Origin: Elusimicrobiota bacterium
GTDB taxonomy: Bacteria; Elusimicrobiota; Elusimicrobia; UBA1565; UBA9628
Reading direction: 5' to 3'
Length of the DNA: 64,000 nucleotides
Assembly (NCBI GenBank): GCA_016194705.1
Contig: JACQAZ010000046.1
Location: 2,372 to 66,371, forward strand
Both the position numbers and the translations under genes were made by a program. Below, in pieces: positions 37,773-45,845 of this stretch. Below the pieces are notes generated by a model, which was not told where the DNA came from, searched no databases, and saw only the letters and a list, made by a program, of their open reading frames with translations. How positions within the stretch are numbered: position 1 is the stretch's first letter; each line of letters starts with the position of its first letter.

Positions 37773-39068
37773 TCAACGCCGCGGCGCGTGAAGGTACCCT
37801 GGCAGGTAAGACGCGGCCGGGCTGCGCGCGAGCGCGGCGGCTTCCGCGACGGCCTCGTCGAAATGGGCGTCGAGGTCCGGCGTCTTCAGGTTCTTGTGAA
37901 AGAACGCGACCCAGGCGTTCTCGCTATGAGGCCTCCGGAGCGCCCGGATCACCTTGAGCTCGACGAGGCGGTCGACGACGCTGCGCACCGGGTCGTTGAC
38001 CAAGCCCCGAACGTCGCGGGGAAGCCTTGAGGCCGGCACGGGGCCCGCGCCGTGCTCGTCGAGGAGATAAGCGAGGCCCCTGCGCTTCATCCTTTCCTCG
38101 AACTCGGCCTCGCTGAGCTTTGACCAGTCGGCCTTGACGACGTACCGCGTCAAGACCAGGCCCGCCTCCCAGGCCGCCCGCACACGGTGGTGGCGGTCGA
38201 GCATATACTTCGATCCCCCCGGGCCGATGATGACGGGCACCGGATGGGCGACGAGATGCCGCCTGATATCGCCTTCCTCGACGATTTCCTTGAGCTCGTC
38301 GACTTTCGTGCGCACCGTCCTTTCACCCATGATGAGCTGCGTGGGCCTGAACTCGAGCAGGGCCGCCTCGCCGCCGCGCGCGGCCTCGGAGGGAGAGCGC
38401 ATGTTCGCGTGCCTGGCGCCGGGGAGGTTCCAGGCCGCGCGGCTCTCGGACAAAGCGGTTGCCTCCGTCACGGCCGCGTCGAAGTTCGCGTTGATGTCGG
38501 CCGTCTTCATGCGCCGGCGCAGGAACGGGACCCAGTAATGGTTCTCGGCGTGAGGCTTCGGGCTCTTGGTGATGACTCTCAATCCCTTGAGGGCCGTCGT
38601 GACGCTGCGGACGGGATCGTCAGGCATCGCCATGACGTTCCTCGGAAGGGTGTCGGGAGAAAGCGGGCCCTCACCCATCCCATCGTAGAGATAGGTCCAG
38701 TTCATTTCCTGCATCTTGTCCCAGAACTGGGCCCAGCCCATTGCCGACCAGTCGGCCACCGGCTTGACGGGCAGCGAGGGAATCCCGGTCTCCGCGGCCG
38801 CGCGCGCGAGATGGTGACGGTCGATCATGTAGAGAGCCGTCCCGACGACGGTATCGTCGGGGCTGGCGGGGCCGACGACGATCGGGACCGGATGCTCGAC
38901 GAGATATTGACCGAGCTCGAGTCCCTCCATTCCCTTCAGCTCCAGCGCGCGGGATTGGACCGCCACCTCGCCCACGGCGAACTGCGTCGGCCTCAACTCG
39001 AGGATGCGCACCTCAGCCGCTCGCGACGGGCCGACGGCGAGCATGAAGGCAATCAGCGAGGAGATCAT
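37773..39068 (-). CDS. Exported protein with two tandem ParB-like nuclease (ParBc_2-type) domains
   Basis: Two copies of RPTQ..G...HPVP.++GP...YM.DRHH..RAA..G....DWS.....M......L.D..G.GP....LPR.V....DDPVRS+. Signal peptide; alternative GTG start 39089. Confidence 0.8.
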   Translation of the reverse strand: MISSLIAFMLAVGPSRAAEVRILELRPTQFAVGEVAVQSRALELKGMEGLELGQYLVEHPVPIVVGPASPDDTVVGTALYMIDRHHLARAAAETGIPSLPVKPVADWSAMGWAQFWDKMQEMNWTYLYDGMGEGPLSPDTLPRNVMAMPDDPVRSVTTALKGLRVITKSPKPHAENHYWVPFLRRRMKTADINANFDAAVTEATALSESRAAWNLPGARHANMRSPSEAARGGEAALLEFRPTQLIMGERTVRTKVDELKEIVEEGDIRRHLVAHPVPVIIGPGGSKYMLDRHHRVRAAWEAGLVLTRYVVKADWSKLSEAEFEERMKRRGLAYLLDEHGAGPVPASRLPRDVRGLVNDPVRSVVDRLVELKVIRALRRPHSENAWVAFFHKNLKTPDLDAHFDEAVAEAAALARSPAASYLPGYLHAPRR

Positions 39069-39072
39069 AGAG

Positions 39073-39705
39073 CTAAGGTTTGTCGACACTGTAGAGCTGG
39101 TCCAGCAGCTTGCGTCTTTCGGCTTTCGCGCGCGCGATGTCGGAGACGGCCGACGACGGGAGGCTGTGCAGGATCATATCGCGGTCGTGGATGCCGCCCA
39201 GCAAGTCCTGTAGATTGCGGATCTGCCCGGGGGACTCGCCGGTGAAGGCCTCGATAAGGTCTCCCAGCCGCTTGATGGTCAGGCGCGCGGAGTGCAGTCC
39301 CTCGGAGTCGTTCTCGTCGCGCACGGTCCCCAAACGCTTCGATGCCTCGGAGGCTTGATCCAGGATGGCGCGCCTTATTTTTTCCGAGAGCTTCTTTCGC
39401 TCGGCGGCGGGAGCCGAGGCGACGGCCTCGAGCGCGGGCTTCAGGCGCGCCGCAATGCCCGTAAATTGCGTGTGCCAGCGCTTGAGCTCCATCGAGCGCT
39501 CAGGAGACTCGCCGCCTTCGCCCTTCGCCCCCCCGCCGAGCCATTTGTCCTTGACCTGCGCGTCGCGCCAGCGGCCGGCGGTCGAGAACATGCCATTGAG
39601 CGCGGAGCGTTCCGCCGGCGCGAGATCGAGCATCTCCAGCACGGTCAGCAGCTTGCGCAGGCTCGTGCGAAAAACGTGAAGGCCCGAGCTCTTGAGGTCC
39701 GCCAT
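39073..39705 (-). CDS. CHAD-domain (polyphosphate-binding) protein
   Basis: LHVFRTSLRKL, RDAQV, LHSARLTIKRL and LQDLLGGIHDRD match the two CHAD His/Arg motifs. Confidence 0.8.
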   Translation of the reverse strand: MADLKSSGLHVFRTSLRKLLTVLEMLDLAPAERSALNGMFSTAGRWRDAQVKDKWLGGGAKGEGGESPERSMELKRWHTQFTGIAARLKPALEAVASAPAAERKKLSEKIRRAILDQASEASKRLGTVRDENDSEGLHSARLTIKRLGDLIEAFTGESPGQIRNLQDLLGGIHDRDMILHSLPSSAVSDIARAKAERRKLLDQLYSVDKP

Positions 39706-39720
39706 GACGGCGGCCGCTTC

Positions 39721-40356
39721 CTAGGCGTCATTGAGGACGTGGACGGCGATGGAAGCCGCTCGCGCGACGTCCGGATCCTTGGCCGTCGCGCTCTCGGCCG
39801 AGCGCTCGACGCGCCGGGCCGCGCCCCCGAGGCCGAAAGCCGCCGGCATCAAAGGCGACTCCTCACGAACCTGCCGGGCCTGCCTCAAGCGCTCCTTGAC
39901 GCGCTCTCTGGTCGCCCGCACGTCGCCGGCGTCCGGGACGACGACCGAGACGGCGAGCAGATTCTTGAGCTCGCGCTTGCGCTGCTCGAGCTGACTGACC
40001 GCCGAGGCGGCCTTCTCAACGCCGCCCGCCACAAGTTCGCCGATGTCGAGGTCGGGTTTTGCGATCTCTTCGTCGATCCTGGTCCGCAGATGCTCCCGAA
40101 TCCAGTCCGCTTGGCCGGCGGCGTCCGTTTCCGGACGCTTCGCGAAGTCGGGCAGCGCGTCGAGACGGGCATCCAGCAGGCTCTGCAGGGACGGCTCGAG
40201 AGATTTGGGCAAGGCCAGCTCCGCAAGGACGGCCGGAGAGAGCGGATAATGCGCCTCGACCGCGATAGAAATCGGGCGCACGGTCTTCCCGGCGCCAGGA
40301 ATGTCCGCGGCTGCCGCCGCTCCGGTGACGACGAAAGCGAGGATCAGGGCTCTCAT
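39721..40356 (-). CDS. Hypothetical exported helical protein
   Basis: Signal peptide MRALILAFVVTGAAAA; ATG overlaps the stop of the upstream giant gene (ATGA). Confidence 0.7.
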   Translation of the reverse strand: MRALILAFVVTGAAAAADIPGAGKTVRPISIAVEAHYPLSPAVLAELALPKSLEPSLQSLLDARLDALPDFAKRPETDAAGQADWIREHLRTRIDEEIAKPDLDIGELVAGGVEKAASAVSQLEQRKRELKNLLAVSVVVPDAGDVRATRERVKERLRQARQVREESPLMPAAFGLGGAARRVERSAESATAKDPDVARAASIAVHVLNDA

Positions 40357-43300
40357 GGCTTCGACTTTCCTTTTTCCGCCGAGGTCGTGATGGGCCGCGC
40401 CTGCAGTATGGCGACGCGGTCACCTTGGATCGCGAACTCGATGTCGAGCGGAAAGCCGAAGTGAGCCTCGAGCGCCTTGGCGATGCGCGCGAGCCTTTGA
40501 GTCTGCTCGAGCGTCAGCGCGCGGCGCCGCCGCCGCGACCGCTGGATGCCCCGAATCTCGGTGCCGGCGCCGTCGGCGCGCGGCATGACCGCGATGCGCT
40601 TCTCTCCTATGAAAGGAAGCCTTGTCTCCTCTCCGTCCGACTTTCGCGCGATGTAGCGGTCGGTCTGCACGATGCCCGACACCACGCCCTCGCCAAGACC
40701 ATAGGCCGCGTTGATGACGATCTCGTCAGCGCCGCTCACCGGATTGCGCGTGAAGATCACCCCGGCCGCGTCGGCCTGCGCCATCTCTTGGATGAAGGTC
40801 GAGGGCAGAAGCTCGGTCGATTTGACGCCGTGGGCGTGGCGGTAGCTGATGCCGCGCGGCAGCCAGAAAGAGGCCCAATTCTCGACGACCATGGCCAGCG
40901 CATCCTCCGCCTTGACGTGGAGGTAGCTCTCGGCGGCTCCCGCGAAGGCGGCGTCGGCTTGGTCTTCCTGCACCGCGGACGAGCGCACGGCCAGGCGTTT
41001 TTGACCGTCGACGAGCCAATGATCCCGCATGCCCCGCCAAATCTCGGCGCCAAGGCCGCTCTCCCGGTTGAGCTTGCCCGATCTGATGAGTGCGCTGATT
41101 TTCTCCGAAAGCTCAGCCACTTTATTCTGGCGCTCCTCATCTCTTAACGCCTCGGATTGGACGCGGTCGAGTTCCTCGGCCAAGGCCCGGAGCTGGTCCT
41201 TAAGGCCGTTTTCTTCGAGGAACCTCAGCCAGCCCTGCGTCGTGACGGAGAGGGCCGAGGGGACGTAGGCGTCCAGCGAACGCACGACCGACAAGATCTC
41301 GCCGAGCTTTGCGAACTTGCCGCCCACGATCCCGGTGTCGCCCTCGGCGGCGGCGCCCAAAGGCAGAATATCCGGGACGATGGCGCGATGCGCCAGGCTG
41401 CGGACCGCGCGCTCGAAGTCGGACAGAACCTCGGTGCGCGGGGCGTCCTGCACCGCGGCGCGGGCGCGCTCGACGACGCCCTCCTGCATTCCCAAGATCC
41501 TCGCCAGCGCCTGCAGCCGCCGCAGTTCGGGCTCGCCGAGCTCGACGCGGCCGTCCTGCATGCGCTTGAGCTGGTCCACAAGCAGACGGCGGCCGTGGTC
41601 GCGCGCCTCCAGGCGCCGCGGAGCGTCCGTTTGGCGCAGCAGACTTGCCACCACCTTCGCGTCGGCATCGCGCCGGGGCCCGGGATTAAAAAGCGTCTCT
41701 TCGAGAGCGGCGGCAACGCCAGCCGAGGTCGTCGGCGGCGCCGCGCGCTTACCCTTCAAAGTCTCGTCGACATAGTCCAAAGCCGCGGCGGCGTCGGCTT
41801 CAACGTCGTCGAAGTGCGATAATTCTCCGGTCGCCCCATTGACGCGGATGAGCCCGCCTTCCTTCATGGTAAAGCGCCGCAGAGTCAGCTCGGGGGTCAG
41901 GCTGAGCCCCTTGCGCTCGACGGGCCTGGCGTTGGCCGCGTAGACGTCGAACTCGATATAGACGCGCCGCTCGCCGTCCTTGCGCCACCGCGCCGTCGGC
42001 AGTATGACGGAGGGAATACCCATCTCGCGAGTCGTGATGCCGGCATGGCTCAACAGGCCTCCCCCGGTCGTCACGACGGCCGCCGCTTGACCGATCGCGT
42101 TGATGTCGTCGGGCTCGGTGAACGGAACGATCAAGATGGCTCCGGGCTTGCCGGCTCTCTCAAAAGTGACTCGCGCCGTGACAAAGCCCCCCTCGCCGGC
42201 GGAGACCGCGAGCCCCGCCGCGCGCTGGCCCAAGTACGGCGAGGCGGCGGGCCGGGCCCGCAGCATCTGGTCGAGCAGCGCGGCCTGGGCGGCGCCGACG
42301 TCCTCGACCGTCGGGGCAGCAATTCCCTGACGCTCCAGGAATTGCGCGAGTGCCGCCGCCGTCAAGTCGCCGGAGAGCTCGGAATCAAAGGCCTGCGCGC
42401 GGGCGTAGCCGATGAAGCCCGTCTCGGGATCGCGCAGGACATAAAGGACCAGGGCTTTGCGCCCGAGGCGCAGGACCGCACGCTCCGCCCGCAGCGCGCC
42501 GACGGCGCCGATGGGCTCGTACGCGAGCTCGGGGTCGAGATGGCTCGCCATGGACGCCACGCGCCGCGCCTCGGCGGGATCGGCTAGCACGAAGTCGGCC
42601 AAGCTCTCCACGGGCCTATACTTCTGCGGCTCGGGAACTCCCTCCTCGCCCAGCGAGAGCTGGCCTATGATCACCGCCTTCTGCACGGCGTCCGTGAAAT
42701 GGCGCTTGATGACGGCCCGGCCAAAGCCAGCGGCCTCCGGGATCCGCGGCAGGCCGAGGCGCGAAAGTTCCGCATCCAACGCCTGAGTCAGGAGCCTGCG
42801 CTGCGCCGCCTGCTTCTTCTCGACGTAGGCGTCGTAGTGCTTGCCGAAACTCGCGTTGTCGTTCCGGTTCCATTCCTTGCTCGGCCAGCCGCCCTCGGCC
42901 ATGAAGAGATCGGCGTACCGGCGCATCGTTTCAAGACCTTCCGCGCCCTTGAATTTCTCGAGATACAGGTTTAGCTCCGAATCCTCGTGCAAAGTCTGGA
43001 TGACTTTAGGGAAAAGCTCGGCCAGCTGGGACTCGGAGCTGAGGCCGTGGTCCTTGTCCAGCACCGCGGTCAAGAACTGGTCGGCCTCCAGATCGTGCGA
43101 GACGCCCATGTCGCCGAGCTGCATCTCCAAGAGCGACATACGCTCGCGCTTGCCGCGGCCCGTCTCCCAATCTTCGTAGCGGATGCGCAGCATGCCCCCG
43201 TCGTCGGGTGCCGCGAACTTGACGTAGATTTCGGCGCTATGCTTGCCCAGCGTGGCGTGGCACCAAGCTTCATCCCCATTGACGATGATGCGATCCTGAT

Positions 43301-45845
43301 GTGCCGATTGTATATCGCCCAGTCGCGAAAGCAGCGACGCCAGCGGCGGGCTTTGCAGGCGGCCCTGCCGGATGAGCGAACCTTCCTGAAGGTTGGTGAA
43401 GGCGATCTGGTGGCCGCCGAAGGAAAGCCGGCCCGTGCCCTGGCCTTGGTCCTTCTTGGCCAGCAGAGTGAGGCTCATCTTGTGCATGTAGTTGACGAGG
43501 CTGTGGAGATGGCGCATGTCGGAGAGCCCCACGTTCTTCTCGAAGGAGCCGACCTGAGCCGCCAAGTCTTGGGGCAGAGGCTGTCCCTCGGGAAGCTGGA
43601 TCCAGGCCGTCTCCAAGGATGCCGCGATGGTCCTGTATTTCTCGGACACCGCCTCGCCGTCGGCGGCGTTGCCGCCGAGCGCCGCCAGCTCTTGGTAGCT
43701 CGCCACCATCTTGCCCATCTCGGCCACGATGACCTTGGCCCCGGACTTGGTCATGCCGCGCGCGTGGTTCATGAGCGGCAGCACCCGGAAGTTGGATTCG
43801 ATCAGCGCGTCGAAGACCCTAAACCGGCTTCGCAGGCTGTCCTTGCCTTGGTTGGGCTGAGTGTCGGGCCACAGATAAGCGGCTCCAAGCTGGGGCTTCT
43901 CGGCGTCGACAGCATTGCGCACACCCGGGACGCGGTAGGGTAATTGATAGAGGCCGCTCGAGACGGCATTTCTTGAACTTTCCTCATCGGCGGCGACCAA
44001 GAAGGGAACGCCGGCCAAATCCGCCGCCGCCGGGATCTCGGGTTTGCGGCCCGATCTCGCGGCGTGCTCGAGCGTCACGACGAATTCGTCGACGCTGTCC
44101 TTGTCCGCGAAAAACGACCTCTCGAAGCCCGCGGAGGTCATGGCGGCAAGATTTGGAACGTAGCGCTTCAAAGTCGCGATGTACTCGGGATAAAGCGAAG
44201 CGAGCAGCTTGTCGGCGGTGGGGAACCGCTGCGTGAGGATGTTGTCGAGCGACAGCTGCGACCGGTTCGCGCCGAGTGCCGCCAGCGTCTGCTCCAGGAA
44301 GTGCCGAACCCACGGGTCTGCGGCCTTGACGAGTAAGGCGTCGCGCCGCGCTTTCCATTTGGCGTCGTCGGTCCGGAACTCCTGCAGCGCCGCGTTGGCG
44401 GCGGCGACGGCGGCGACGACGGCCTTGCCGGACCGGGCCTTGCGGATGCCGCGCTCCATGGCGTCGAGCGCCTCGTTGTAGCGCTCAAGCGCGGGCATAG
44501 CTTCACCTGCGAGCGACCTGAGTTCGGGCACGAAAGCCTTAAGCGAACCCCCCTCGTCCTTCTCGAGGCGATCCAAGAGATGAGGGATGTCTGCCGAGGT
44601 GATATTGAACCTTGCGTCCGACAACGCGGAGAGCTCCGTCGGCTCCTCGGCCGCATGCTCCCGGCGTTGCGCGATGAACTCGCGGGTCAGTTCGGGATTA
44701 ATGAAGAGCGAGTTCTCATAGCCGGCGATGCCCACGTGGGACAGATTGGGGATCAGGCGCCGCAGTTCCTTGATCTCCTCGGGATACCGGGCGTCCAGCA
44801 GCGCCTCGGCGTTCGGGATGCGCCCTTGCAGCAAGGTCCCCACGTCGAGCGCGGCGACGTTCTTTTTGAGATCGGCGCCGTCCATGACCGCCTTCAAGAA
44901 GACCCGATCGCCGCCCTTCGCCTTGGCGTACAAAGCATCCCTCTTGGGCTTCCACGCGTTGCGCGCCGCAACGAACTCGTTCAGGGAGACCTTGGCCTCT
45001 TTCCAGAAGGATTGGAACTTTCCCTCCGCATGGTCGCGGATGGCGGCGTCGATCCGGCCTACGGCCTTCTCGACCTTCGCGGCCGGAAGCATGACGTCCA
45101 TGGCCAGGGAGTCCGCCTCCTCATGGTAGGCCTTCAACGGAGTGTTCCGGCCGGGCGTCGCGACGTAGAGCGAATCCCTTCCCGTGCGCTTCAAGCGATA
45201 GAGCGTCAGCTGTCCCGACTCGAAGAAGGAGCTAACGTCGCCTTTCATCGGCACCGGGTAGCCGGCGCGCGTCATGTAATAGATCTTTGCTCCAGATGCG
45301 ATCGCCTTCTTGAACGCGGCCGTGTGTTTTCCCAACGGCGTCAATCGGGTCTCGGCCGCGGAAGCGCCGGCCGCGGCGCCGTCGCCGAGCTCCGGTGAGG
45401 GTTTGGTCTTGCTCGCGCTGTCGAAGAACGCGCCGGCGTCGAAGAGGCCATTGGCCAGCGCCTCCTGGAGCTGGTCGGCGAATCGGACGACGCGGTCTGT
45501 TCCCGATGCCGCGCCGTCTGTCGCCTCAACGGCGTCCGCCCCGGGCTCCGTTCCCAGCGCGGCGGCAGGCCCGTCGATGATGATCGACTTGGTGTGCAGC
45601 ACCCCCGCCTCGGTCTTGACCTCCGGAGCCGGCGCCGGCGAACCCTCGAGCCCTGCGACCGGCTTCAGCGGATCGAGGCCCTTCACGTCGAGCTCGACGG
45701 CTGGGATCGGGCTTGCGTGCATCGCAGTCCCCGGCAGCGCGACGGCGGGGATATCCTTGCCCGCGCCCCGAAGGATCTCGCCGCCAAAGGAGGCGGTCGC
45801 CAGCAGCAAGAGCGCGGTGCCGACGGAGGGAAGCCGCATTCTCAT
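40353..45845 (-). CDS. Large exported dikinase-like protein, 1830 aa: 2 repeats, central domain, PEP-utiliser His domain, C-terminal PPDK/PPS-type ATP-grasp
   Basis: Signal peptide MRMRLPSVGTALLLLATASFG. His domain VVTTGGGLLSHAGITTREMG. ATP-grasp VGGKFAKLGEI, LAVRSSAVQED.ADAAFAGAAESYLHV, AYGLGEGVVSG and LDIEFA..ILQARPIT. ATG 45845 overlaps the upstream stop. Confidence 0.88.
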   Translation of the reverse strand: MRMRLPSVGTALLLLATASFGGEILRGAGKDIPAVALPGTAMHASPIPAVELDVKGLDPLKPVAGLEGSPAPAPEVKTEAGVLHTKSIIIDGPAAALGTEPGADAVEATDGAASGTDRVVRFADQLQEALANGLFDAGAFFDSASKTKPSPELGDGAAAGASAAETRLTPLGKHTAAFKKAIASGAKIYYMTRAGYPVPMKGDVSSFFESGQLTLYRLKRTGRDSLYVATPGRNTPLKAYHEEADSLAMDVMLPAAKVEKAVGRIDAAIRDHAEGKFQSFWKEAKVSLNEFVAARNAWKPKRDALYAKAKGGDRVFLKAVMDGADLKKNVAALDVGTLLQGRIPNAEALLDARYPEEIKELRRLIPNLSHVGIAGYENSLFINPELTREFIAQRREHAAEEPTELSALSDARFNITSADIPHLLDRLEKDEGGSLKAFVPELRSLAGEAMPALERYNEALDAMERGIRKARSGKAVVAAVAAANAALQEFRTDDAKWKARRDALLVKAADPWVRHFLEQTLAALGANRSQLSLDNILTQRFPTADKLLASLYPEYIATLKRYVPNLAAMTSAGFERSFFADKDSVDEFVVTLEHAARSGRKPEIPAAADLAGVPFLVAADEESSRNAVSSGLYQLPYRVPGVRNAVDAEKPQLGAAYLWPDTQPNQGKDSLRSRFRVFDALIESNFRVLPLMNHARGMTKSGAKVIVAEMGKMVASYQELAALGGNAADGEAVSEKYRTIAASLETAWIQLPEGQPLPQDLAAQVGSFEKNVGLSDMRHLHSLVNYMHKMSLTLLAKKDQGQGTGRLSFGGHQIAFTNLQEGSLIRQGRLQSPPLASLLSRLGDIQSAHQDRIIVNGDEAWCHATLGKHSAEIYVKFAAPDDGGMLRIRYEDWETGRGKRERMSLLEMQLGDMGVSHDLEADQFLTAVLDKDHGLSSESQLAELFPKVIQTLHEDSELNLYLEKFKGAEGLETMRRYADLFMAEGGWPSKEWNRNDNASFGKHYDAYVEKKQAAQRRLLTQALDAELSRLGLPRIPEAAGFGRAVIKRHFTDAVQKAVIIGQLSLGEEGVPEPQKYRPVESLADFVLADPAEARRVASMASHLDPELAYEPIGAVGALRAERAVLRLGRKALVLYVLRDPETGFIGYARAQAFDSELSGDLTAAALAQFLERQGIAAPTVEDVGAAQAALLDQMLRARPAASPYLGQRAAGLAVSAGEGGFVTARVTFERAGKPGAILIVPFTEPDDINAIGQAAAVVTTGGGLLSHAGITTREMGIPSVILPTARWRKDGERRVYIEFDVYAANARPVERKGLSLTPELTLRRFTMKEGGLIRVNGATGELSHFDDVEADAAAALDYVDETLKGKRAAPPTTSAGVAAALEETLFNPGPRRDADAKVVASLLRQTDAPRRLEARDHGRRLLVDQLKRMQDGRVELGEPELRRLQALARILGMQEGVVERARAAVQDAPRTEVLSDFERAVRSLAHRAIVPDILPLGAAAEGDTGIVGGKFAKLGEILSVVRSLDAYVPSALSVTTQGWLRFLEENGLKDQLRALAEELDRVQSEALRDEERQNKVAELSEKISALIRSGKLNRESGLGAEIWRGMRDHWLVDGQKRLAVRSSAVQEDQADAAFAGAAESYLHVKAEDALAMVVENWASFWLPRGISYRHAHGVKSTELLPSTFIQEMAQADAAGVIFTRNPVSGADEIVINAAYGLGEGVVSGIVQTDRYIARKSDGEETRLPFIGEKRIAVMPRADGAGTEIRGIQRSRRRRRALTLEQTQRLARIAKALEAHFGFPLDIEFAIQGDRVAILQARPITTSAEKGKSKP
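44070..45130 (-). repeat. Two copies of the same ~195-aa repeat in the 1830-aa paralog
   Basis: WKPKRDALY...RYPEEIKELRRLIPNL and WKARRDALL...LYPEYIATLKRYVPNL. Confidence 0.82.

Noticed and set aside
37773-39068. Chromosome or plasmid partitioning ParB
   Set aside because: No HTH or dimerisation domain, no parA, and it has a signal peptide and tandem catalytic-type domains.
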